Of a DNA stretch of 64,000 bases, positions 52,705-62,532 are shown piece by piece. A program made the translations under genes and the position numbers. The stretch comes from Candidatus Altimarinota bacterium (GTDB lineage Bacteria; Patescibacteriota; Gracilibacteria; UBA4473): contig OZ246423.1 of assembly GCA_965231215.1 (NCBI GenBank), forward strand, positions 416,571-480,570, written 5' to 3'. The notes beneath the pieces are model-generated. The model was given only the letters and a program-made list of their open reading frames with translations, was not told the DNA's origin and ran no database searches. Every line of letters begins with the position of its first letter. The first letter of the stretch is position 1.

Positions 52705-53604
52705 ATGGATATTGGTGCAAACGTCTGGCGAAATGGAAAACTAATTCCAAACGAAGCAGCTCATATCTCACTCATAAACCATGCCATGCACTATGGAAGT
52801 GGAGTCTTTGAAGGGATTAGATGTTATGAAACCAGTCAAGGAACGGCGGTATTTCGGCTAAAAGAGCACATGGAACGCCTGCACTACTCTGCTAGTATTT
52901 TAGAACTAGAAATTCCCTACAGTGTAGAAGCACTCTGTGAAGCCACGTGCGAACTCCTGAGAGCTAATAAACTTAAATCTGGCTACATCCGACCAGTCGC
53001 CATGTTTGGAGAAGGGAAAATGGGACTCAATCCACACGGCGCGGATATTGACACCTTTATTGCCGCTTGGCCCTGGGGAAAATATCTCTCTGATGACCCT
53101 ATCACCGTAGGAATTTCACCGTGGATTCGGATTCATCCAAAATCACTTCAAGCTGATGCCAAAATCAATGGGCACTACGTAAACTCCATAATGTCTTCTC
53201 AATGGGCCCATAAAAAAGGCTACCAAGAAGCCATCCTCATGGATTACGAAAACAACATTGCTGAAGGCCCAGGAGAAAACCTATTCATCGTCAAAGACGG
53301 CATTATCAAAACTCCTAAACTCGGGGCTATCCTCAACGGAATAACTCGAGCCACCATTATAGAATTAGCCGATAAAGAGCTCGGAATCACCGTAGAAGAA
53401 ACCACCCTCTCACGAGACGACCTACTCAACGCTGATGAAGCCTTCTTCACCGGAACTGCCGCCGAGGTAACCATCATCAAGTCGGTAGATGACGTCCAAA
53501 TCGGAACACAAGAAAACACGGTGTCCAACCAACTAAAAGATCTCTACCACCGCGTAGTAAGTGGTGAAGAACCTAAATACGATCACTGGTTGAGTTATTG
53601 TTAA
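52705..53604 (+). CDS. ilvE: branched-chain amino acid aminotransferase (class IV)
   Basis: Motifs seen are HAMHYGSGVFEGIRCY, GYIRPVAMFGEG, EAILMD..NNIAEGPGENLFIV and GITRATIIELA. ATG at 52705 is preferred over the track TTG at 52669. Confidence 0.9.
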   Translation: MDIGANVWRNGKLIPNEAAHISLINHAMHYGSGVFEGIRCYETSQGTAVFRLKEHMERLHYSASILELEIPYSVEALCEATCELLRANKLKSGYIRPVAMFGEGKMGLNPHGADIDTFIAAWPWGKYLSDDPITVGISPWIRIHPKSLQADAKINGHYVNSIMSSQWAHKKGYQEAILMDYENNIAEGPGENLFIVKDGIIKTPKLGAILNGITRATIIELADKELGITVEETTLSRDDLLNADEAFFTGTAAEVTIIKSVDDVQIGTQENTVSNQLKDLYHRVVSGEEPKYDHWLSYC

Positions 53605-54443
53605 CGAAAACGTCTTTTCCCTCGTCCCCCATTACGCCTTTCTTGTCCTAGAGCCTGAGAGTCAGAAAAAGCTGGTGTAACACCATGCTTAGCCTGTAAA
53701 AACCAAAACGGATGATCACCATCCAAAGTAAATCCTGTAAGCACTTTTTTAATATTACCCCTTAAATTCCTCTTGTCATACAAGGCGTGGACTAAGGCAA
53801 TAATATCACTTTGAACATTTTCAGGGGCGGTTTTGTACAACTCTAAAACTGTGCGACCAATATATTCTCCTCTCTTATCACCTACCTCACCACGATTACA
53901 ACTCAACACAATATTAATCACATTAAGTACGTCTCGATCCGCTACTCCAACCAATTTTTTCACTGCTTTTTTAAACTCACTAAATGCAAATTTAGGCTTC
54001 TCTTCATCAAGAATATCACACAGATGACGTCGCGGCTCTGCATCATTATCTCCTAATTTTTCAACTCCAGATTCTCTACCAGTAATAGATGGTTCCCGTC
54101 CTTCAATAATATCTTCAATCGATTGCCAATAACGAGCAATATGGTTTCTAAATTTTGTAGGCGCATAGTTGTAATCTAAGCCAATTTTTAAAATATCTTC
54201 CCATTGGCTCTGCAATAATTCCTGCCTAAAAGCCTGGCGCAATAAAATATAAGCTTCACGCCAGCGCTGGTTTAAAACCTCTTCATCAACGCCAGGCTGT
54301 GGTTCTTGTATTAAATCCCCATCTTCATTGTAATGATCATCAGAAACTATCTTGCCAATACCTCCTAAGATAGCTTTTAAATCATTCGTTAAGTCTTTGT
54401 CTGCGTTTAAATCTGCTTCTGTGGGGCTTAAAAAATTCATCAA
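53601..54443 (-). CDS. hypothetical cytoplasmic protein with Arg/Gly-rich basic tail
   Basis: Track ORF of 280 aa with no recognisable motif. It ends in QERRNGGRGKRRFR and overlaps the ilvE 3' end by 4 nt (convergent). Confidence 0.65.
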   Translation of the reverse strand: MMNFLSPTEADLNADKDLTNDLKAILGGIGKIVSDDHYNEDGDLIQEPQPGVDEEVLNQRWREAYILLRQAFRQELLQSQWEDILKIGLDYNYAPTKFRNHIARYWQSIEDIIEGREPSITGRESGVEKLGDNDAEPRRHLCDILDEEKPKFAFSEFKKAVKKLVGVADRDVLNVINIVLSCNRGEVGDKRGEYIGRTVLELYKTAPENVQSDIIALVHALYDKRNLRGNIKKVLTGFTLDGDHPFWFLQAKHGVTPAFSDSQALGQERRNGGRGKRRFR

Positions 54444-54704
54444 AAATTAATATAATTTTACATAAAATTAAAGCAATCAAAAAAAAGTCAAAAGAGGGAT
54501 TATAACATTCCATTATAATTAAAATATTTCACAAAAAAACATCAAATGACATAAGATCAAAAAAAAATTTGACTTTATTGTTAACTGTTTATAAAGTGAA
54601 GGACAAATTTTTGCTTTTTTTAAGTGGATCATTAAATCGCATCACCTCTAAACTAATGAAACAAGCAGGCTCAACCAAATCATTGATTTAAGCCAAATTT
54701 AATC

Positions 54705-54810
54705 ATACCACCTCAGCCTACGGCAGCTCCTCCTAACTCAAGAGGAGCGAATAAAGAGCGTGCTTACTGCCCCCCTCCTGGCTTAGGAGGGGGATTGAGG
54801 GGGTGGTACC
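54705..54810. other. GC-rich three-helix structured element in an AT-rich intergenic region (ychF terminator region or small RNA)
   Basis: An outer helix, taccacctca (54706-54715) / tgaggg..ggtggta (54796-54809), encloses two hairpins. These are gctcctc-ctaactcaa-gaggagc (54727-54749) and cccccctcc-tggctta-ggagggggg-like (about 54770-54793). Confidence 0.4.
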
Positions 54811-54816
54811 ACAAAA

Positions 54817-55911
54817 CTAGTTATTAAACTTAAAGTGCACTACATCCCCATCCTGCATAATATAGTCCTTTCCTTCCATCCGCATTTTTCCGGCTTCTTT
54901 AGCGCCCTGTTCTCCACCATGTTCAATGTAATCAGCATACGCAATCACATCGGCTTTGATGAAGCCTTTTTCAAAGTCAGTATGGATCGCTCCAGCCGCT
55001 CGTGGTGCGGTATCTCCTTTTCGAATAGTCCAGGCGCGGACTTCTGTGGGTCCAGCCGTGAAATAACTCTGCAATCCGAGCAGGTCAAAGCTTCGGTGAA
55101 CTAAGTTTTCTAGCCCCGATTCTTTGGCGCCTAACTCGGCTAAAAACTCTGCCGCTTCTGCCACACTTAAATCTGCAAGCTCAGCTTCTGTCTGGGCACA
55201 AATTGGGATAATTGGAATTGAAGCCTCTATATTGAGTTTGGTTCGAAAGCTCGCCTCATCAAAATTCACAAAGTTTTCCTCGCTGGTATTAGCCACCACA
55301 AGGAATTTTTTTTGCGTAAGGAGTTGGTATCTTTTAGCCATAATGACTTCATCTTCTGTAAGCTCAACCGTACTCGCCAACTCTCCTGCCTCTAGTGCGG
55401 CTTTGAATCGCTCCAGTAGCTCAGCATCTTTTTTTGCCTCCTTGTCTCCAGTTCGCGCTTTTCCGTTTACTTTATCCAACTGACGAAGTAGGGACTCTAA
55501 ATCAGCCAAAATAAGCTCTGTAAAAATTACACTTAGGTCTTCTCCTGGATCCACCTTCCCAGATACATGATGAATATCCTCGCTTTCAAAGTCTCGGACT
55601 ACATGAGCAATCGCATGACATTCACGAATATGACTCAGGAACTTATTCCCAAGACCTTCTCCGCTACTAGCACCAGCCACCAGCCCAGCAATATCTACAA
55701 ATTCTACCGCCGATTTAATCACCTTCGCTGGGTTTACCAATGCCGCCAAAGCATCCACCCGTTTATCCGGCACTTCTACAATCCCAACATTGGGATCAAT
55801 CGTACAGAATGGAAAGTTCGCTGCTTCAGCATTTTTTGACTTGGTCAAAGCGTTAAAAAGCGTTGATTTCCCTACATTCGGCAGCCCTACAATTCCTAGT
55901 TTAAGGTTCAT
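54817..55911 (-). CDS. ychF: ribosome-binding ATPase YchF (Obg-family)
   Basis: It has MNLKLGIVGLPNVGKSTLFNALT (P-loop) and a C-terminal TGS-like block (RAWTIRKGDTAPRAAGAIHTDFEKGFIKA). I place the start at the internal ATG (complement of 55909-55911). Confidence 0.92.
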   Translation of the reverse strand: MNLKLGIVGLPNVGKSTLFNALTKSKNAEAANFPFCTIDPNVGIVEVPDKRVDALAALVNPAKVIKSAVEFVDIAGLVAGASSGEGLGNKFLSHIRECHAIAHVVRDFESEDIHHVSGKVDPGEDLSVIFTELILADLESLLRQLDKVNGKARTGDKEAKKDAELLERFKAALEAGELASTVELTEDEVIMAKRYQLLTQKKFLVVANTSEENFVNFDEASFRTKLNIEASIPIIPICAQTEAELADLSVAEAAEFLAELGAKESGLENLVHRSFDLLGLQSYFTAGPTEVRAWTIRKGDTAPRAAGAIHTDFEKGFIKADVIAYADYIEHGGEQGAKEAGKMRMEGKDYIMQDGDVVHFKFNN

Positions 55912-55955
55912 GTCAAAAGCGATCCTAAGCATTTTCTATAAACAATCAAAAAATA

Positions 55956-55983
55956 TTGACAAAACACAGTCCCAACTTAGAAT
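55956..55983 (+). promoter_or_regulatory. promoter TTGACA-16-TAGAAT for rpsU
   Basis: The -35 element ttgaca is at 55956-55961 and tagaat is at 55978-55983. The ATG is at 56007. Confidence 0.55.
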
Positions 55984-56006
55984 CGGCGCACTTATCCAAA
56001 TTATGT

Positions 56007-56216
56007 ATGACCATAAAAGTTAAACGAAAAGACGGTGAATCTGGTGAACGTTTACTCAAACGATTCTCTAGCCATATCAAATCTACTCGACTTATCCAAA
56101 AGTTCCGAGGTAAACGATACTTTAGCCAAAAACCTACTCAGACCAAGGTGCGAGCCGCTGCCGTATCTAGAGAAAAATACCGAACCGCCAACAAGAAAAA
56201 ACAATTTATTGGATAA
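56007..56216 (+). CDS. rpsU: 30S ribosomal protein S21
   Basis: The sequence MTIKVKRKDGESGERLLKRFSSHIKSTRLIQKFRGKRYFSQKPTQTKVRAA... shows the bS21 pattern. The track start at 55956 lies inside the promoter. Confidence 0.85.
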   Translation: MTIKVKRKDGESGERLLKRFSSHIKSTRLIQKFRGKRYFSQKPTQTKVRAAAVSREKYRTANKKKQFIG

Positions 56217-56244
56217 ACAGAACCCTCTATTTGAATTTTAAAAA

Positions 56245-56268
56245 ACCTCGCCAAAGCGAGGTTTTTTT
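56245..56268 (+). terminator. rho-independent terminator after rpsU
   Basis: The hairpin acctcgc-caaa-gcgaggt is followed by ttttttt. Confidence 0.8.
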
Positions 56269-56283
56269 GTACCTTAATCTCTG

Positions 56284-57093
56284 ATGAACATCAATAAGGC
56301 TCTAAATTACGGAAGATCAAAACTCCAACACCTTCCCAACCCCACATTGGAAACAGAAGTACTTTTGAGTCACCTAATGGGGCAAAACCGCCCCTGGATC
56401 AAAATCCACACTGAAGCGAGCTTGGGTTTTTGGAATACTCTAAAATTTAAATCCTGGATCAAAAAAAGAGCCAACCACCTCCCCTTAGCCTACATCACTG
56501 GATACAAAATCTGGAATGACCTCAAAATCTTTGTTACTCACAACACGCTCATCCCTAGAGATGAAACCGAGACCTTGTGTCATCACATAAAAAAACACCA
56601 TAATCAAAACACTAAAAGCGTTCTTGATATTGGAACTGGAAGCGGGTGTATTGCTCTCTGGTGTGCTAAGCAATTTCCACAAGCGCAGGTTCATGCCAGT
56701 GATATTTCACAAAAAGCGTTAAACCAAGCCCTCAAAAATGCAAAATTCCATCATGTTCCATTGAACCTTATCAAATCTGACCTACTAAACGATATTCCTA
56801 AAAGCCATTTTGACATCATTGTGGCCAACCTCCCCTACGTTCCCAAAAATCTAGAGGTTTCAGCAGAAGTAGAGAAAGAACCCCACAGCGCTTTGTTTTC
56901 TGGTAGTGACGGCCTCAATCACATCCGCACACTAGCCATGCAAATAAGTGAAAAAGATATCACCTTTAATGCCTTATGGCTGGAATTTCTACCACAACAA
57001 AAAGAACAAATTCAGCCTATTTTTAGTGACTACACCGTTAATTTTTTGGGAGATGAAGGGGGGACCATATTTTTTGCTTGCATCAAAAGTTGA
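56284..57093 (+). CDS. prmC: release factor glutamine N5-methyltransferase (HemK/PrmC)
   Basis: It has the SAM motif VLDIGTGSGCIAL and the catalytic NLPYV (an NPPY variant), plus LAYITG and LIPRDETE blocks. Confidence 0.85.
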   Translation: MNINKALNYGRSKLQHLPNPTLETEVLLSHLMGQNRPWIKIHTEASLGFWNTLKFKSWIKKRANHLPLAYITGYKIWNDLKIFVTHNTLIPRDETETLCHHIKKHHNQNTKSVLDIGTGSGCIALWCAKQFPQAQVHASDISQKALNQALKNAKFHHVPLNLIKSDLLNDIPKSHFDIIVANLPYVPKNLEVSAEVEKEPHSALFSGSDGLNHIRTLAMQISEKDITFNALWLEFLPQQKEQIQPIFSDYTVNFLGDEGGTIFFACIKS

Positions 57094-57208
57094 AGGCTTT
57101 GAAGCGAAGCGTTTAAGGAAAACAAAAATACCGGAGATAAACGTATTAAAATTATACACGTTCGAGGATATTTAAAGTTTGACGTAGAAATCTGAAGCCT
57201 AAGAGTCT

Positions 57209-58417
57209 TTAGTTACCTCGGTTTAGGTACTCTTCTACAAAGATAGCAATAGACGCTGCCACTGGCACCGCAAAGATCATACAAATAATAGCGAGCGGCA
57301 CTCCCCCAAACGCACTTCCCAAAATACCGCCTGTCGCCACAGCCAAGATCACTACCACCGAAGAGAGCCCTACTACTTTTTGCATCACCATTGGCACCAA
57401 TACATTGCCTTCCAAAAACTGCGCCAAGGCAATCCATAAAAGAACCGCAATCACCAACACAAACGAAATATTAAGTGCCACCAACACACAAAGCAGTCCT
57501 GTAAGCAACACGCCTACATACGGAAACAGTTCCATTACCGCCGCTACTAACCCAATAGTCACCGCGTATTTCATCCCAAACATCATCTCAAAAATCTTCA
57601 TCCCCGCATACATAAACGTCCCCATGCACACCATCAGGATAAATTGCCCTTTAAACCATTCCGCCATTTTTGACTGAACCGTCTCAAACTTAGCCTGTAC
57701 ATAGTCTCTATTCCCAGCCGGAAACATCAATAACACAAACCGAATAATAGACTCTCTTTCAAGCAAAATAAAAAACATCAAAACTAGCGCAAAGAGTAGA
57801 TTAAACACACTCTGGAAAATACTCAGTAAAATCCCAATAGTTGAACCGGCAATATCTTGTAGATTGCCGGCAATAGACGATATATTTTCAGAAATAAAAG
57901 CCTGTAATTCGGCCGGATCAAAATTTGTCCGCTCCATCAGTTGAGTCACCAGCGGCATTTCTTCAATTTTCCCGCTCGCGATAACCCCTCTAAGATCATA
58001 AGAAATATCGGTCAATTGATCTGAAATGATCGGAATCACTTTTACAAAAAGGAGCCCTAACATCCCCAAAAAACCGATATACAAAATCAAAATCGCCAAA
58101 GGCCTTGGAATATGATAGCGCTCTAAACCATCCACAAAAGGGGCTAACCCCATGGCCAAGAAAAAGGAAAACCCAGCAATGATCAACATACTTTTGAGTT
58201 CCACCATAATCTCTTTGAGCGCAAAGAGTAAAAATACAATTAAAAGCACTTTTATAACCGTACTAGTAGCAATTTCTATACGCAATACCTGAGTATTATC
58301 TTTGACCTTTGGCGTGCTTATTTTTTTCTTTTTAGCTTTCTGTTGTTTTTGGTATTCAGCTCTAATCTCGTTTATCTGTTCTAATTTTCTTCCAAAAGCG
58401 TTAATTAATTTTTTCAT
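57209..58417 (-). CDS. AI-2E family transporter (PerM/UPF0118)
   Basis: Track ORF of 402 aa with about 8 TM segments. The layout and C-terminal blocks (FLEGNVLVPMVMQKVVGLSSVVVILAV) are typical of the family. Confidence 0.75.
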   Translation of the reverse strand: MKKLINAFGRKLEQINEIRAEYQKQQKAKKKKISTPKVKDNTQVLRIEIATSTVIKVLLIVFLLFALKEIMVELKSMLIIAGFSFFLAMGLAPFVDGLERYHIPRPLAILILYIGFLGMLGLLFVKVIPIISDQLTDISYDLRGVIASGKIEEMPLVTQLMERTNFDPAELQAFISENISSIAGNLQDIAGSTIGILLSIFQSVFNLLFALVLMFFILLERESIIRFVLLMFPAGNRDYVQAKFETVQSKMAEWFKGQFILMVCMGTFMYAGMKIFEMMFGMKYAVTIGLVAAVMELFPYVGVLLTGLLCVLVALNISFVLVIAVLLWIALAQFLEGNVLVPMVMQKVVGLSSVVVILAVATGGILGSAFGGVPLAIICMIFAVPVAASIAIFVEEYLNRGN

Positions 58418-58461
58418 TTATTTTATTTATACTTATTTATATAAAAAATTTCGAATTTTCT

Positions 58462-58625
58462 TTCCCCTTAGCGATGAAATTTCTAAAAGTAGCCATAAGA
58501 ATTCGTCACAAAGAAATTTGTCTGAGCGAAGCGAGTTCTTTCTTTGTAGAATTAGAATGAGTTTACTTTTAAATTTTTGGGGTTGGAGGCCTTTTGGGTT
58601 CATTTTTGATCATGCAAAAATGAAC
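58462..58625 (+). repeat. intergenic repeat element, copy B (~165 nt)
   Basis: It has the same ordered blocks as 14925-15094. The terminal hairpin gttcatttttg-atcatg-caaaaatgaac has a perfect 11-bp stem. Confidence 0.55.
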
Positions 58626-58632
58626 AAAGAAT

Positions 58633-58657
58633 AAAAAAAATCCCCAGATTGGGGATT
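58633..58657 (-). terminator. rho-independent terminator after rpmG
   Basis: The minus strand reads aatcccca-atc-tggggatt followed by tttttttt. Confidence 0.75.
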
Positions 58658-58723
58658 TATCAGATCCCGGACAAAGTCCGAGATAATTTCCAACCAGCAG
58701 CTCACAAGCTCGCTGGGGCTGAG

Positions 58724-58936
58724 TTACTTGTTCTGAGAACGAGAAATTTGTCTCGCTTTATGAATCGTATGTTTTCTCAGACGAGGACAATACTTTTTAG
58801 CAGTGAACTCCTTTGGATTAGTATTTGTAGGGTTCAGCATAATTTTGTAGTTTTCTACTCGCTTCCCTTCTTTTTCCATACATTCTGTACAGTAGAGAGC
58901 GAAGAACGCACGTTTTTTTCGACTTGGACGAGCCAT
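58724..58936 (-). CDS. rpmG: 50S ribosomal protein L33 (with C-terminal extension)
   Basis: The sequence MARPSRKKRAFFALYCTECMEKEGKRVENYKIMLNPTNTNPKEFTAKKYCPRLRKHTIHKA carries the CxxC...CxxxxxH L33 pattern. Confidence 0.8.
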   Translation of the reverse strand: MARPSRKKRAFFALYCTECMEKEGKRVENYKIMLNPTNTNPKEFTAKKYCPRLRKHTIHKARQISRSQNK

Positions 58937-58960
58937 TTCTAATTTCGTTAAAGCCGGCCG

Positions 58961-58988
58961 ATATTAGAAAGATAATCGACCTTGTCAA
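58961..58988 (-). promoter_or_regulatory. promoter TTGACA-16-TAATAT for rpmG (minus strand)
   Basis: The complement of 58983-58988 is TTGACA and the complement of 58961-58966 is TAATAT. The rpmG ATG is at 58936. Confidence 0.55.
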
Positions 58989-59003
58989 CGTTTTTAAGCC
59001 CCT

Positions 59004-59306
59004 TTAGAGGTTTTCAGCCTTTAACTCAATTACGGCCTCCGCCGGAGCTTCTGGTTTAATCCCCCCAATACAGCTCAGCATTTCATCCTCTTCTACCATA
59101 ATATGCATTGGCCCAACAGCTTCTTTATCAACGTATTCAGCCCCCTTTTCAATTTTACACACACAGGTTCTACACGCGCCTACCCCACAAGAAAACGGTA
59201 TTGGAGCTCCCTCATCTTGAGCCTGAGTCCCTAAGGCTTCCTCTGTATTTCCATCAAATTGAGCCGAAATACTTCCCGAATTGTCTTTGATTGTTACTTT
59301 GACCAT
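59004..59306 (-). CDS. 2Fe-2S ferredoxin (plant-type fold)
   Basis: Track ORF of 100 aa with the cluster ligand pattern SCGVGACRTCVC...(about 30 aa)...LSC. Confidence 0.8.
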   Translation of the reverse strand: MVKVTIKDNSGSISAQFDGNTEEALGTQAQDEGAPIPFSCGVGACRTCVCKIEKGAEYVDKEAVGPMHIMVEEDEMLSCIGGIKPEAPAEAVIELKAENL

Positions 59307-59431
59307 CAGTACGAAGATAAATAAATTTAAAAACTTTTCAATTCAGATTAAACCCCTTTAAAAAAAATGGGTGAGCAAAAATGAACGGAAAATTCTTTGC
59401 ATTCTCAAAGTGGCTCTTTAAATTGAGGCAG

Positions 59432-59944
59432 ATGTTCACCATTCTCACAGGCGAAAACAACAAGATACTCCGCACCCCGGCCAGAAAAGTCACGGCCTTT
59501 GACCAAAAGCTGGAGGATATTGTAGAGATGATGGTTGAAACCATGCTCAAACCAGACGGACAAGACGTAACCGGCATTGGACTAGCGGCTAATCAAGTAG
59601 GATTACTGGAACAAATTGCCATCATTACCCTGAATGTGAATACGAATAAAAATCCCAAGATTGTAGCTATGATTAACCCCGAAATTTTAGAAGTGTCTGA
59701 GTCTAAAAGTACGTACGAAGAAGGGTGTTTAAGTCTCCCTGGATGGTATGGACGCGTTTCTCGCCCCGCTAAGGTAAAAGTACGATGGCAAAACACTAAA
59801 GGCCATTGGTGTGAAAAACGATTAGAAAAATGGGATGCTCGAATCTTTTTACACGAATATGATCACCTCCAAGGAAAGCTCTTTACTGATTACCTCACCT
59901 CAGAAGAGTTAGATAAAATTAAGAAATCAAACTCCACGGAGTAA
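59432..59944 (+). CDS. def: peptide deformylase
   Basis: All three motifs are present: GIGLAANQVG, EGCLSLPG and HEYDHLQG. ATG at 59432 is preceded by GAGG, so I prefer it over the track start at 59381. Confidence 0.92.
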   Translation: MFTILTGENNKILRTPARKVTAFDQKLEDIVEMMVETMLKPDGQDVTGIGLAANQVGLLEQIAIITLNVNTNKNPKIVAMINPEILEVSESKSTYEEGCLSLPGWYGRVSRPAKVKVRWQNTKGHWCEKRLEKWDARIFLHEYDHLQGKLFTDYLTSEELDKIKKSNSTE

Positions 59945-60007
59945 TTTCATTTGTGCTTCAACCCTTTTTTTGTAGTATCTGGAAGCTTAAAAATCGAGTT
60001 AAAAAAC

Positions 60008-61843
60008 ATGAATAAAGTTGGACCTAAAAATTTTCCAAACAAAAACAATCCGCTTAATTACTTAGTAATTATTGCCCTTTTAGGAGCAGGACTCGCTTTA
60101 ATGATGCAGGGACAAGTAGAACTCGCTCTGCAAAAACCAGAAAAAGTCGCCCTCACTGAACTCCTCCAAAAGTATGAAAACAACCAATTAGAAAGCCTTG
60201 AAATCAAAGATCAAAAAATCACCGCCAAAGACAAAGAAGGCCAAACCTTTATTACATTCAAAGAACAAAGCGCCACTATTAAAGATCTAGGATTCACTCC
60301 TCCAAAAAACGAAACCAAGATCAACATTGTTGATACTTCTGGGAACAAAATGTGGTTTAACCTCCTTCTCGGGCTCGCCCCGTTTTTGCTCTTATTTGGG
60401 ATTATTTTCCTTTTTGCCAAAAGAAGTGGCGGCATGGGAGGGGACAACGGCCCCTTTGGATTTGGAAAATCCCGTGCCAAAGTCTATGACCGAACCAAGC
60501 ATCGAACTAAATTTGACGATGTTGCCGGAGCCGAAGAAGCCAAAGAAGATGTATTTGAACTCGTAGATTTTCTCAAACACCCTAAAAAATATACTAAAGC
60601 CGGAGCTAAAATCCCAAAAGGAATCCTCCTCGTAGGGCCTCCTGGTACCGGAAAAACACTCTTGGCTCGAGCTATTGCTGGAGAGGCTAATGTTCCCTTC
60701 TTTTCGGTGTCTGGAGCTGAATTTGTAGAAATGTTTGTAGGCGTCGGCGCCAGCCGGGTGCGGGACTTGTTTAAAACAGCCAAGCGAAACGCTCCAGCTA
60801 TTATCTTTATTGATGAGATTGATGCGATTGGAAAACAACGTGGAGCCGGAATGTCTGGTGGGCACGATGAAAGAGAGCAAACCCTCAACCAAATTTTGAC
60901 CGAAATGGATGGATTTGAACCAGATAGTTCTGTGATCGTCGTAGCCGCCACCAATAGACCAGACACGCTAGATAAAGCCCTGCTAAGACCTGGACGATTT
61001 GACCGAAGAGTTCATATTGATCTTCCAGATATGGAGGCGCGAGAAAAAATTCTCAAACTTCATTCCAAAAATAAAACTCTTGGAAAAGGCACTCACCTTA
61101 AATCCATAGCCTCAAAAACCGTGGGATTCTCTGGAGCTGACATTGAAAACGTAATGAATGAGAGCGCTATCATGGCCGTAAAAAATGGACGAAAATCTAT
61201 CCTCCAGGAGGACATGGAGAATGCCGTTGAAAAAGTTTCACTAGGACCCGCTAGAAAATCACGCCGTATCACCAAAGAAGAAAGAGAAATTATCGCCTAC
61301 CATGAAGTAGGACACGCTATTGCCGGACATTTCACTGAAAACTGTGAACCAGTACACAAGATCTCTATTATTTCTCGTGGAGGCGCTTTGGGCGTCACTT
61401 GGTTTCTCCCCGAAGAAGACAAATATCTGAACTCCGAAGCCAAGATGAAAGACGAAATGGTCTCGCTTCATGGGGGGAGAATTGCCGAACGCCTTATTTT
61501 TGGGCAAACGACCACCGGCGCCTCAAATGACCTCGAAAGAATTACGGGAATCGCCCGAGCCATGGTAATGACCTATGGAATGGGAGATCAAAAAAAGATT
61601 GGCCCAGTTGTATTCCAAAAGAAAGCCCGGGGATTTGCCGGAGCTCTGAATGATGATCAAGGGGAACACAGCGATGAAATGGCTCAAAACATTGATGAGG
61701 AAGTACGAAAACTTGTACTAGAGGCAGAAAGAAGGTGTACCGATATTCTGAAAAAAAACCTCAAATTACTAAAACAAATCTCATCAGACTTACTGGAAAA
61801 AGAAAACATTTCTCGGGAAGAATTTTTGGGTTATTTGAAATAG
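60008..61843 (+). CDS. ftsH: ATP-dependent zinc metalloprotease FtsH
   Basis: It has two N-terminal TM segments, the AAA+ Walker [22 protein letters not shown], the Walker [10 protein letters not shown], the SRH region and the zinc motif [10 protein letters not shown] at 60008 is preferred over the track start at 59951. Confidence 0.95.
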   Translation: MNKVGPKNFPNKNNPLNYLVIIALLGAGLALMMQGQVELALQKPEKVALTELLQKYENNQLESLEIKDQKITAKDKEGQTFITFKEQSATIKDLGFTPPKNETKINIVDTSGNKMWFNLLLGLAPFLLLFGIIFLFAKRSGGMGGDNGPFGFGKSRAKVYDRTKHRTKFDDVAGAEEAKEDVFELVDFLKHPKKYTKAGAKIPKGILLVGPPGTGKTLLARAIAGEANVPFFSVSGAEFVEMFVGVGASRVRDLFKTAKRNAPAIIFIDEIDAIGKQRGAGMSGGHDEREQTLNQILTEMDGFEPDSSVIVVAATNRPDTLDKALLRPGRFDRRVHIDLPDMEAREKILKLHSKNKTLGKGTHLKSIASKTVGFSGADIENVMNESAIMAVKNGRKSILQEDMENAVEKVSLGPARKSRRITKEEREIIAYHEVGHAIAGHFTENCEPVHKISIISRGGALGVTWFLPEEDKYLNSEAKMKDEMVSLHGGRIAERLIFGQTTTGASNDLERITGIARAMVMTYGMGDQKKIGPVVFQKKARGFAGALNDDQGEHSDEMAQNIDEEVRKLVLEAERRCTDILKKNLKLLKQISSDLLEKENISREEFLGYLK

Positions 61844-61855
61844 AAGGAGTAGCCA

Positions 61856-62452
61856 ATGAATATGGAACAAAAAACTAAAAAGCGCGGAAAAATATTTTTC
61901 TTTTCCGGCCCCAGTGGGGTAGGGAAAGGTACGCTCATCAACTACCTCAGAAAAAAACAGCGTGATTGGGTATTCCCTCCTAGCTGCACTACCCGTGATC
62001 CACGTCCCGGAGAGAAAGAGGGAGAAACCTACTTTTTTATTAGTCAAAAAGAATTTGAAAAACGTATCGCCGATGGCGAATTCTTAGAGTACGCGCACGT
62101 ACACGGAGAAACCTATTACGGAACCCTAAAAGACAAAATTCTTGCCCCAATAGAAGAAGGAAAAATCGTAATTCGTGAATTCGATGTTCAGGGATTCTCA
62201 CAAGCTAGAGAAAGACTGGATCGAGAAGATTATATTTCTATTTTCCTACGCCCAGCCGAAGACATCCAAACCTTAGTACGCAGAATCAAAGAACGCGCTC
62301 CAATTAGTGACCAAGAACTTGAAAAACGCATCAAATCTATGGAAAAAGAGCTAGAATTAGCTGATATCTACGATTATCAAATATTCTCTGAAGACGGACA
62401 GCTTAAAAAACTTTTCAGTGACGCTGAAAGTATTATCAATCAAGAGGTCTAA
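61856..62452 (+). CDS. gmk: guanylate kinase
   Basis: Motifs seen are FFFSGPSGVGKGTL (P-loop), TTRDPRPGEKEGETYFF and EYAHVHGETYYGT. Confidence 0.9.
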   Translation: MNMEQKTKKRGKIFFFSGPSGVGKGTLINYLRKKQRDWVFPPSCTTRDPRPGEKEGETYFFISQKEFEKRIADGEFLEYAHVHGETYYGTLKDKILAPIEEGKIVIREFDVQGFSQARERLDREDYISIFLRPAEDIQTLVRRIKERAPISDQELEKRIKSMEKELELADIYDYQIFSEDGQLKKLFSDAESIINQEV

Positions 62453-62532
62453 AATGGTAATAATACAGACGATTTTCCTAATGTCGTGTTAATCATTTTC
62501 TCTCATTTCTGCGTCATATATTCATTAATGAA

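Noticed and set aside
54705-54812. tRNA or tRNA-like gene (the outer helix ends in ...ggtggtaCCA)
   Set aside because: It has no D-loop or T-loop consensus (no GTTCRANYC), a 7-bp stem with a 9-nt loop instead of an anticodon arm, and a length of about 105 nt.
58302-58634. 110-aa + strand ORF upstream of the AI-2E transporter gene
   Set aside because: It spans the transporter 5' end in antisense and the intergenic repeat element. The homologous repeat copy at 14925-15094 has no equivalent ORF.
60392-60966. Two long minus-strand ORFs (166 and 160 aa) inside ftsH, with similar antisense ORFs inside the VirD4-like gene (3363-3796), nusA, dnaJ, prfA and ychF
   Set aside because: These are shadow ORFs opposite strongly supported genes. 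Their translations are compositionally odd and lack motifs.
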